A DNA stretch of 54,132 nt, the filler included, from Catajapyx aquilonaris (taxonomy: Eukaryota): assembly GCA_000934665.2 (NCBI GenBank). It is 2 parts of 2 records of this genome, joined end to end, with 100 filler letters (N's around TTAATTAATTAA, not from the genome) between each part and the next. Parts side by side here need not be neighbours in the genome. Positions count along the whole stretch, not along the records: positions 27,053 to 54,132 come from JYFJ02005132.1; 1 more part is not named here. One strand, 5' to 3'. The notes beneath the pieces are model-generated. The model had not been told where the DNA came from, ran no database searches, and was given only the letters and a program-made list of their open reading frames with translations. The position numbers and the translations under genes are program-made. Position 1 is the first letter of the stretch. Each line of letters begins with the position of its first letter. Of the stretch, positions 27,053 through 48,450 are shown in pieces.

Positions 27053-27447
27053 CCCCCCCACCAATATATATAAACATATGAAAGTTTGTCAGGGCTACCT
27101 AACTCACTTTAAGACTACTGACGTCATACATGCTGCTGATTCCGGGAAATTTGAGAAAAGTCTGAAAATCGCCCCCCCTTTTTTAAAACTGTAAATAGCC
27201 AAAAATTCATGTTATTTTCGGTGGGGGTTGGTGGAGGGGGGAGGGGGGGTCTTTTACTAACTGTAAGTTTGATATACTGCCTACAACAGATGGCGCTTCT
27301 AGGTTTTTACCATACTTCTCACAATTTATCGATCTCCCCCGTGCGAAGAACGGGTTCTCCTCCTAGTTGGTCACATTTCCTAGTTTGATCTCTCTAAGCT
27401 AGTCCATTGCATACAACAAAAATACCAGTAGGGTTTTTGACCTACTT

Positions 27448-27503
27448 CCCCCTTCCCCCCCCCCCCCNNNNNNNNNGGGGGGTGGGGGGGGGGGGGGGGG
27501 GGG
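27448..27503. other. Small gap (9 N, 27468-27476) between poly-C and poly-G tracts; low-quality sequence
   Basis: C-run, N-run and G-run seen directly. Confidence 0.9.
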
Positions 27504-29813
27504 CGTGGACCCCCCAAATTTCTAGGTCATCAAACACGCGTGCCAAATAGTGTCCCCCTTACGAAAAAAAAAAAACACGCTTATAAATAGATCAATCTAC
27601 GATTCAAGTACCAGGCCAAATATATTTTTTTAAAAAAAATCGGCGCGAAATATGACGTCACTTCCTACAACTGCAATCGTCGCCATTACGTAATACAATG
27701 ACGTCATTTTCACACCGATATTATTAGTAGTTGTCGATAGTATCGTCACTCAAAAAAAAAAAATGTGAAGGGCCTAATATATACATATTTTTTTGGTGAC
27801 GCGTGTACTTTTGCTCCTTTTTCTTTCCAACCCTTCATGACACACATTCTCTTCCCCCTTCTTCCCCCTCCTTCCCCTTCCACCTTAGTTGTAGAGAAGT
27901 TTCACTTTTCCCAGACTTTTGCTTCAAAAAACTTGGGACAGTCCCTAGAAACACTCCTTGGCAACTGCCTGGGTGTGAATCACTGCTCAAAAATACAAAT
28001 AGCGGTTGTACTTAAATTACATGGGGGGGAATACAAATCCGCTCGGCGTATGACCTCTGCGGATGAAGAGTAACGTATTAAAAGCGCAATTGCTGCTACG
28101 GCAGGTGACGGTCCAGGTTAGGATCCCACGAGGGGCGTAGCGTTATTCCTCGCTTGAATGGCAGCTGCTAAATTATTATCCGCAGCTTCCTGAACAGCAC
28201 TGCGCAGTCGCTACCTTCAATTAAATATGAACAGAATAAGTACAATTAGCTCATGCACACTGAATGTGTAACGATGATATGAAGCTGCAGGTGGCTGTAA
28301 GTAATCATTGCGTTTAACATGGCACTCCGCCGCCCTGCAATCACATGATGAGATGTTTTATATCCCGTGCATAATTTCCCCCTGCAAATTTGCTAAAACA
28401 GTCGTGACACTATTACACAACAGCTTTGCAACACCAAGTGAGATAAATAACATTTCTTTCCCACATTCCTCAATCGGCCAGCAAAAATTCTGCGGATTCC
28501 ATAATATTGTGTACATGCTTCAAAAAATACGTGCACACACACACAAAAAAAAGTCCCATCCTTCATGGCTAAAATGGCGGAACAATGTTGAATTGTACAA
28601 GCCCCACGCATTATCACATCCTCCTATCCTTCAAAACCTGCAACCGGCCTCAACACAATGCCAGCAGGCTAGAACCATAAGTAGGCCTTGAGGGGAGGTA
28701 GTGGGGGCTGGGACATTTTGTTTACAATTGACCTAGATCCATAACACCCCCCCCCTTTGGGGCTTCCACCACTTCTCAAAAGTAGTAGTCGTGTGCCTCT
28801 AAATGTTGGGTCCCTCATTGTTGCATCGGAACGAGGGTTTAACAATCAGGCGCTTGGCACTGAAAAAAGGAACCTCGAACCCATGCCAACTCAACAGGCA
28901 TGCAAACAAACATGACCATTCAAAAAAATACATGGCATCAACAAATCGGCCTGAAACGCAAAGAGTGACATGAATCACTTTACAAAAATTAGTAACTGCA
29001 ATTAATATTAAACTGCTCGGGACGGGAGGTTAAACTGTAATATAAGCAAAATATTAATGTACATATTTGACACTAACCGCAGAGTTCAAATGTCGTACGC
29101 ACTATATCCAGCCCGATTAACCCATGCTTAATGCTGTTATCAAACCAATTGCGGGCGTTATCAGAGACAGCACTGATAAGCCGCACATCACATACTTTGT
29201 TGTCACATGCAGTTTCTATTGCACCCTCGGAGGTAAACAACACTGGCAACCATGTTTAATTATTTTAAAACCTGCTGGATGGTGTGCATATTTATACAAT
29301 TTGATTACCAGCGTTTTTCACTTGTAATACAAAATTGGCTATCTCGGGTGAGATTGTCATGACCTCAGTTCAAAGCCCGGTTGGCACGTGCCACTACAGC
29401 AAATGCAACATGTCCACTGAAAAGACAAGCGTTCAACTCAAGGTCGTACCACTGGCCGGACCATTTTCTGAATAACTTTGCAGCACAATATGCGACTCAT
29501 GCAATCATGTTTACGCAACAGTCTCAAAAAACCCGTTTATGTACGACACGGCACATGCCAATATAACGCACTTCCACAGTGATAATCCCTCCTCATCCCA
29601 CAGTACTTCCCATACAAAAATGTACAGTTACTCCAGCTCTCTCTTCATGTGTGAAAAAAAAAAGGTGTACACCCATTCGCCATCCCCCCCACCTTTTTAA
29701 GCCTCACTATCAGCATGTTGCACAAACTCCACCTGTTTCACATGTCAATTAGCCCACTTACACTGTACTACACCTCTAATATTAATCGCAGCAAAAACTG
29801 TGCCTAAAGTACC

Positions 29814-30090
29814 CAAACACACTGCGGACATACTGTCATGTCATCAACAAGTGCAACAATATTCAATTGACAGTTCGTTGCTCTTGCACAAATGCAGATA
29901 TTTGTACTCTACGAATGTCATGCATGCAACTTTAGTACTATGCTAATAGATCAGCACAAGCTTGCTTACATACACCTGGTTTTAACATCAATCTTTGCTT
30001 TGGGACGTAACGTACTCAAACACATTGCGGACATACTGTCACGACATCAACAAGTGCAACAACAGAATGACAGTTCATTGCTCTTGCACA
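29814..30090. repeat. Diverged ~75-bp direct repeat (29814-29890 and 30017-30090) in MED13 intron 1
   Basis: Both copies read CAAACACA(C/T)TGCGGACATACTGTCA...CATCAACAAGTGCAACAA...TGACAGTTC(G/A)TTGCTCTTGCACA. Confidence 0.85.
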
Positions 30091-30330
30091 TCTTGCGCAA
30101 ATACTGGTGCATTGTACTAATGCCATGTATGCATTACCTTTTGTATTTTCATGCTAATAGCTATTAGATAAGTACAGGCTTGCTTACGTACACCGGCACG
30201 ACCAGTGACTTGTCGCACACTTGAGCAGTTGGAATGACAACCTTGAATGCTCCAAATAGTAATGACTACGGGATTTTGGGTCTTACGCCTGTCGCTACAT
30301 GTCATTACTGCTACACGTTGCCATTACTAC

Positions 30331-30517
30331 TACACATTGCGGTTACTGCCATGGTTGCGATTACACATTGCGGCTACTGCTAGGGTTGCGATTGCACATT
30401 GCGGTTACCGCCATGGTTGTGATTACACATTGCGGTTACTGCTACGGTTGTCATTACACATTGCGGTTACAGCTACGGTTGTCATTACACATTGCGGTTA
30501 CAGCTACAAGTTGTGAT
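30331..30517. repeat. 31-bp minisatellite, 6 copies
   Basis: Units start at 30331, 30362, 30393, 30424, 30455 and 30486; consensus TACACATTGCGGTTACTGCTACGGTTGTGAT. Confidence 0.92.
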
Positions 30518-30886
30518 TACAGCTACTGTTATTGACAAACAGTTGATGCCGGAGTATAGTGTATGCCTGGTATGCATACAATTACAGCTCTTCATCAATT
30601 ATTTAGCAGATCCATTGCAGGATCCCATTACATGTAGGTCTTACGCCTGATTACCGCTACATGTTGCGACTGCAGCTACTGTCATTGGCACAGTTGATGC
30701 CAGAGTGCACTCTGCACCTGGTACGCTTAGAATTACATCAATTCGGCAACCGCCATTGCGACATCCCACAACAAGTGTGTCGTCTACATCCCACGTACGT
30801 CCGACACACAAGCTGTCAGCCCCATTAAGTGCAGCTAGGCCTACCCCCGAGTGTTTCCTTGCACCCAAAAGCGACCATATCCTTAC

Positions 30887-30955
30887 CAACGCAAAGAAGT
30901 TTGTGTGGCAGTCCTCCAAACTGGCGCCGTTGGTCTGGTGGCTGGGGTGCGTCAT
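30887..30955 (-). CDS. MED13: Mediator subunit 13 (skuld), first coding exon only
   Basis: MTHPSHQTNGASLEDCHTNFFAL followed by a phase-0 GTAAGG donor. Matches the conserved MED13 N-terminus 'NGASLEDCH.N.F.L' as recalled from human and fly proteins. No downstream exon was found in the window. Confidence 0.88.
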
Positions 30956-31582
30956 GGCTGCAGCACATCCATCCTTTTAACCCGAAAACAGGAGGGGTGG
31001 GGGGGCAACGGCGGCACTCTTCCCAACAAGAACTTGTTAACACACACAACCACACACACAGGTAGAATATCTTTTTCTTCCGAAATAGAGGGAAAGTGTT
31101 CCAGTATAGGCCTGGTAGGGTAGGGGGGAGGGCAGGGGGTGATTCGAACACACACTAAAAAGCCTTCCCCAATGGCGCGGGGGAGGGGGAGATGATCACT
31201 TCACTTCACAGCTGCCCTCGTCCGCAGTCCAGGGCATGTCCACTGAGGACCACATCCGCCATTCCATGTTTGGAAACCGTGCAAAACGGGAAGAGAAGGA
31301 GAGGGGGAGAGAGAGAGAGAGGACTATCTCTTCACCTTTCTCCCCAATGGCGACCCCGTAATGGCGGCACTGGGTGGAGGGGGAAGGCGGGCGGCGGGAA
31401 GAGGAGGCTAGAAGGGGGAAGGGGGAAGGGAAGGGGGAGGGATGACGTATCTACGTGAAAAAAAAATTGGGGGGGAAAACGTATGGCCCATTCTGATTGG
31501 TCGGGGAGGAAGCGGGCGGAAGGTGGCAGCACTGTCCAGTGGGCATGGACTGCAGGCTGGGAGACTTGGGGGAGGATCAAAG
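30956..31582. promoter_or_regulatory. GC-rich bidirectional promoter/5' UTR region between MED13 and mRpL50
   Basis: Divergent ATGs at 30955 and 31583. The region is G/CpG-rich, with an inverted CCAAT box (CTGATTGG, ~31493-31500), a TGACGT motif (~31443) and a YY1-like AAGATGGCGGC overlapping the mRpL50 start. Confidence 0.7.
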
Positions 31583-33505
31583 ATGGCGGCGCTCTGGACG
31601 CGAGCTGTGCTTACGAAAGGAGGAGGAGGAGGAGGGGCGGCCCGTGTGCTGGCCCGCAGGGGGAAGTCGGATCAGGTTAGTTGGTATAGAGAACAAGGGG
31701 GTTCTCAATGATAGCTGCAGTGGTGCCACACCGGTTGGCACGATAGTCGGCTGGTAAACAAGCGATGCACTTATTTCCAACGCTACCGAATGGGAGATAA
31801 CAAAATGGCAACGCGCGCAACATGTACTGTTGCCATTTATGATAAATGCTGTATAGTGGACACCGGTCGGCTGGTAAAAACGATGCACTTATTTCCAACG
31901 CTACGGTTGGGAGGCAACAAAATGTCAACGCGCGCAACATGTACTGTTGCCATTTATGATAAGTGCTGTATAGTGGACACCGGTTGGCACGAAAGTCGGG
32001 TGGTAAAAGCGATGCACTTATTTCCAACGCTACGGTTGGAAGTTGGAAGAGAACAAAATGGCAATGCGCGCGACATGTACAGTACTGTTCGCATTATCTA
32101 TGATAAATGCTGTATAGTGGACACCGGTTGGCACGATTTTCGGCTGGTAAAAGCGGTGCACTTATTTCCAACGCTACGGTTGGAGGAGAACAAAATGTCA
32201 ACATGTATTTAGGCATTTTTCAATGATAGCTGGTTGACTCTATCAAAGGGGGTGTGCTACAACACTTGTTCTGGAAATAAGTGCTGCACTTATTTCCAAC
32301 GCTACGGTTGGGGGAAGGGGGGAACAAAATGGCGGACTTTTGCGATGTTGCGCAATCGAGTTCGCGCAGATAGTACGGAGGAGGAATTTCGCGACGTTGC
32401 CAAGGTTCTGGAACGAACGTCAGAGGCTAAAGTTGTTGCCACAGCAGTGGAGCTGCGCGATTCTGGGTGCGCACGCGATTGCGCTCGTAAATGTTTTTAA
32501 AAAAACCAAGCACGCGATGGTGATTCGAGTACACTTTTTCTCATCGGACAGCCTGGGAAATGAGGCTGAAAACCCCCGACACGATTCTAAATTGACAGCA
32601 ATGACGTTGACTCATTTTCCATTGCCAAATTTGACCTTGGCGGATACAGTGTGCCCAGAACAACCGGAAGTGGCTGGTCACCAGAAGTTTTGATCATGTT
32701 GAATCCGAATCCGAAAACCGTTTGTTGTTCTCTCATGCGGTTTAGCCTCTGATACCTGTCCACAGACGGACAGACTTTTTTTTAGATGAGGAAAAGCCTG
32801 AAATTAATCTGTAGTATTGACATAATTATTTGCAGGTGTCGCAAGCTGCGTCGGACCAGGTTGATCAAGACAACGAGGATGTCCTGCCTCCGCATGCCAG
32901 GATTGAAGGAAGGATCGATTCATTTAAAGCAAGAGGGTACGCTCCTCTGTAATGCGTTACACCTGCGGTTCAATGATTGTAATTATTTCTGTAGGTTTCT
33001 CCGAGCTATAAGGTCGTACACTCCGCCGCCTCAGGCCAAAGAGAAGGTGGTGCAGATTTACGAAAAGGTGTGTGGACGGAAGGCGGCAGCTGATTCTCGG
33101 TTGGATGACGTGAGGACCAAGTTCAAGGTGCTGGACTCATGCGCGGCTGAGTTTGGTGGCCATTCGGTTCCAAACTCGCAGCTGCACCTTGTGGACACTG
33201 TTGCGGAACTGGCGAGGTTTTATGCGATGGAGGTGGTCACTAATTCACCGCTGGATTCGATGAAGAAGATGGAACTACCCAAGAATCTTCATATACAGTA
33301 TGAATATCAGCGGTTCCATCCAGGTGAGCTGCTGACAAATGTTACAATAATTACAGTACAGCACAATTAATTTCGTTACGTTGTTTCAGATACCGACACG
33401 CTCTTCGGCGGCATCACCGCCTTTCCGAAATCATCCACCATCGTCACAGGCGTCAAAGCTAAAAAGAAGTACCGTGGCTTCAAAGCAAAGACGTCATGGC
33501 CTTAA
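31583..33505 (+). CDS. mRpL50: Mitochondrial ribosomal protein L50 (mL50), ~212 aa
   Basis: Exons 31583-31675 (MAALWTRAVLTK...ARVLARRGKSDQ, transit-peptide-like), 32836-32936, 32995-33323 and 33390-33505; 639 nt in frame. Arthropod mL50-type motifs: SFKARGFLR..RSYTPP, GHSVPNSQLH, LPKNLHIQYEYQRFHPDTDTLFGGITAFPKSSTIVTG. Confidence 0.88.
31729..32335. repeat. Tandem repeat of ~117-144-bp units (4 copies plus a partial) in mRpL50 intron 1
   Basis: Units start at ~31729, 31861, 31978 and 32122, with a partial at ~32285. Shared core TGCACTTATTTCCAACGCTAC...AACAAAATG(G/T)C. Confidence 0.9.
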
Positions 33506-33655
33506 TTTGGTTGAAATATAAATCTTTTTATTGTAATTCAAGTGATATAATACATAATGATTAGAATGAAAATGTTGAGAATGAAGCTTTGACTAGCGGT
33601 TTGAAAAGAAAATGACTGAAAACAGTTCGCTGTGAAGAATTTTTAAAACATTTTT

Positions 33656-44510
<10,855 letters not shown>

Positions 44511-44659
44511 CCTCACACCATCTTCATGCCCCTGCAACGCTCAATTTGACGTAATTACAGTTGTGTACAGAGAGAAAAATTATTATAAACGAAGGAAAAA
44601 AAAAGTGGAAAATAAAAAGAAAACGTCATAACACGCTGTGCGATACTCATTTGTTCAAA

Positions 44660-44760
44660 AGTTGCCAGATGAGTTTACACGTGACAGCCGTAGATTTTAC
44701 AACCAATCAGAAGCGGGCTGTAGATCCAGTTAGCCAATAGAAACGCACGTGAGGAAACAA
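44660..44760. promoter_or_regulatory. Probable BLTP2 promoter: two CCAAT boxes and two E-boxes
   Basis: CCAAT at 44703 and 44734 (31 bp apart) and CACGTG at 44678 and 44746, ~170-240 bp upstream of the BLTP2 ATG. Confidence 0.5.
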
Positions 44761-45289
44761 ACTGGAATGTGTTAACTTCAGATAAATAATTCATTTTAAT
44801 GCTGCATTTTGGCCATATTTTTGTTAAATATTAGGTGTTAATTAATAGTTTCATTGCATAGTTCGCGAAATTTGAACTTGTCGGTTGATGGCATAAGGCG
44901 GGTAAATTTAAATTATGTTAATAAATTGTCATGCAAATTGGGACGAAAAATACAGAGACAATTAAATGAAGTGATAACATCTTTATTAAAAACAATCTCA
45001 ACATTTCAGTATCTGCACTTTGAATTTATGTTTGCACAGTACCGGAAATTAACTTCTACACGACGTGATGGGTATAAAATAATTATAAAATGATGGTGTG
45101 CAAATACAACTGTACTTAAAATATTAATCTATTTTCATCACCATTTCCTGCCAACTTCTTTTATCCAATACACTTTTGGGCAACCTTCCATTACTCATAT
45201 TTACAGCTCACTTCGTCACTTTAAAAAAAAAGTGCAGATGTAACACCTTGTCTTCATCGTATAAATAAAATTAAATGTAATCCATCTTT

Positions 45290-46846
45290 TCATGTGCAAC
45301 CACACTTTTTGACTACCATGTTTGCGTACTTTTTGAGTATGACGTTGAAATCTTCGTCAAAGTAGAGCACTGAAACGGAGGCAAGCTTGGTGGGCGTACA
45401 TACAGCAGGTCCATACATGGTGGGATACATCAAGTGGAACAGGGTCTGAGCTATTGCGTGGTTGGTCGCATTGAAATGCGCATGCAATGGGAACGTGCAG
45501 ACTCCGGAGCAGAAGTAGGCCGTGTAGCCCTCAGGAGCGATGATCCAGTCCTCCCAGTTCAAGTCATGAAAGCTCACATACAGCATGCGACGCTGGCACA
45601 GCTTCTCTTGCTCCACCGTTATGTACGCTGGAATGCAAAATACCATAATATGTAATTCACCATCATATTCATCACGGCTTTTCCCAAAAAACTGGGGTGA
45701 CAGCGGATAATGCTACCCTCCTACATGAGGCATGCCAGGCATTATTCTATATGTATCATACTTATGTAAGGATTGTCCACCGGTGGGAGTTCAGCATCCT
45801 CTTCCCTCCGACTCCGACTCCTGGGCTCATCTTCCTGGGCCACCGTCCCCCGACTCCCCTGGTTCTGGAAGTAGCACACCAGGAAAGGCTTGTCGCTGAT
45901 GCCCACACTCTCCGGTGCAATGGTCTCGCCAGCCGACTCCTGCTTCTCAACGGACAGCACCAGGCCCCAGTTGACTTGTGGAAAAGCCAGCCACTCCCGC
46001 ACCGCTTTGGTCATATCAAACTGGAGCCATCCCGCATGATGCCCACTCACATTCAGATGGCCGATGGGTTGGAACACAACATCACTGGAAGAGGGGTTCA
46101 TATATGTTAAAGACAATCCTATAAGTAAAATAGCCCATTTTAAGGAGCTACTAAGAGCTATACTAATAAGGTGAACACTAACTCAACAGTCCATCCCGGC
46201 ACCATCTGCTGGACCTCCAGACGCAGTGGTTCGGTGAAATTGGACCCATCTTTGTACATCCTTAGCTCTGCTTTCAGAAGCTCATATCCTGGAGGAATTT
46301 GACTGGTGTCAAACCACAGCAGCCCCTCTTTGCCCTCAGGCCCAAATTCACCTAAACAAAAGAGAAAAATGAGTCAGACAATGCCCCCAAAAATAACCAG
46401 CCTCATTAGACCCCCCATTTTGCATTACCTTGACCTTTGTCCCTGAAGCTGATGACCAAACTGCTCTTCTTCAGCACCTCCTCTTCATCCCTGGAGCGAC
46501 TGGAATGGTGGTGGTGGTCAGAGTGTCGCTCATACTCATGCTCATCTTCGTCCTTCATGAACCGGTAGACGTCCATGAGGTAGTTGGACGCAGGGTCATC
46601 CTTGTCCCCTCTGCTAGACGCCCCTTGACCCATTGCTTTTGGTCTTGGACGCCTCTGGATCCCAAGCACCTTCAGCATCTCCCTCTGAAGCCTCCTGAAT
46701 TCCCGGGTGCTGCTGACCTTCCCGACCTCCGTCTGACCTTTCCCATTATCCACGTATATCCCCGATCGACGGCTCCGTCGACGTCCCCCACTGGTCAACA
46801 CCACAAAAACCAGAAGGAGAGACGCGAAGAAGGGTCCAAACAGCAT
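45290..46846 (-). CDS. TGF-beta family ligand, gbb/60A (BMP5-8)-like, divergent, ~415 aa
   Basis: Exons 46429-46846, 46183-46351, 45762-46084 and 45290-45627 (1248 nt in frame). Signal peptide; gbb-type [12 protein letters not shown]; prodomain motifs KAELRMYK and GWLQFDMT; furin site RSRSRR; mature domain [25 protein letters not shown]...NATNHAI...SVLYFD...[17 protein letters not shown]. Confidence 0.92.
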
Positions 46847-48450
46847 GGTTGTTGGGGAAAGAATGACTCAAAGTTTGGAAATTCCCACCTGGGCCTTTGT
46901 ATAGTCTGCAAGGTCAAGGGTGGGTCATACTGCTGGAGGGGGTTCAAGGGGAGAGATATTTTTGGGAACAATTAGCAAACAGGGTCGAACTTATCTCCCA
47001 AGAAAATCCCAAGGCCAACAGACCAAAAGGGGAATGCTGTCAGTTTGGTTCCAAATGTTTCTTACAAATGGAGGACTCTATGATAAAAACTGGTTTTTGC
47101 ATACAGAAAATTTTTCTGGAAAAGAACAACCTTTCCAGTTGTAATAATGGGTACAATCATCAAAGACATGTGGTACATAAAAATTTATTGTAGTCGCAAA
47201 CATAAACCGTCGCATTACAATGAGCAAACTTAACCCGCATTACATAAATGAACCTGGAACATGTTTAGCATGTGAAATTAATTAATAATTGCACAGTACA
47301 TATCAGTAAATGATAACACTTTTGCCCTTTTTTCGGTGGGCTTTTGACGCAACCGAGATTTAGCAGCGTGTATAAATAATTTAAACATGCCCATCTGCCG
47401 TAGACAGGAATGTTCCGAGCCTTATCCTAAAAATGGAGCAAACAAAACAAAAAAAAAAGGTGTATGTACAGTACTTACTGGCTACAGGAATGAGTTTTTA
47501 ATTCGTGACACTGGATATTCACCGTATGTGATACGAGTGCACCGCAAAATGCACGACACGACATACCTTATTTTTTTTTAAAAAAAAGCACAATGTAGGC
47601 ACTCATTAAAATAGCACAGCCCCCATGACGTTTTACGAGGAAGAATCAGGGACAAAAATCACAATACTTCTCCCCCTATCGATAAAGCTTTTATAGGAAT
47701 CAAGCAAGCTGCTTGATGGCAATTAGAGCGAATATGGGGCACGAATTGGGTAAATCTTCGCAAAGATTGGAACAAATGGTCATGATGTAATGTCACATTA
47801 AATTGTATTTCAATACGTACACTCAGCCATAAAAAGTTACTGACTTCGACGATCCTTCCCGTAAGAGCATCATACATTTATACTGCTACCAATACTTGCG
47901 GATATTGACATAATTCTGAACATTCGGGTAGTTGAAAAATTGCGTACCGAAGCTTACAGTCACACACACCAGTCTAGGAGTGTCAGTAACTTCTTGTGGT
48001 CTCAATATCAATGCATTTTACGTCACAATAATTACCGTACTGGTCCATTGTGTGCGCACAATAATTATGTATACACAGATATGACATTTTCAGAAGCTAA
48101 CCGTCAAGAATTCGCTCGAGAGGATGCCTCTCAACAACAATGCTTTAACAATGTCTTTTAAAAATTCCTGAATTACCATGTAACATGCAATAATTATTAC
48201 ACATTACATTTTGTAAAATTAATGACACACCAAGTATTCTGCATGGAATATTTCAACCTTTTTAACTTAGATATGACTAGGATCACAACATTGTGCAATT
48301 ACGCAATAATTAATCATCATGCATGAGAAAAATACCCTCCTGACAAATGTTCGTTTAAAATAGTTCACAAATACTGTTAATCACAGAGGTGAGCCACACC
48401 AGTTTGCATATCAAGTTAAATCCACGTTGGCCGAATTCTCGTGACCAATC

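Noticed and set aside
30331..32335. 31-bp and ~120-bp repeat arrays as CRISPR arrays or repeat-protein ORFs
   Set aside because: Head-to-tail repeats with no unique spacers, no cas genes, and a eukaryotic intronic context.
32329..32466. AAAATGGCG at 32329 as the mRpL50 start exon
   Set aside because: It has in-frame stops and belongs to the tandem repeat; 31583-31675 gives a clean phase-0 exon with a transit-peptide-like sequence.
32786..33370. 194-aa ORF as a single-exon protein
   Set aside because: It reads through introns; only 32995-33323 is in the true mRpL50 frame.
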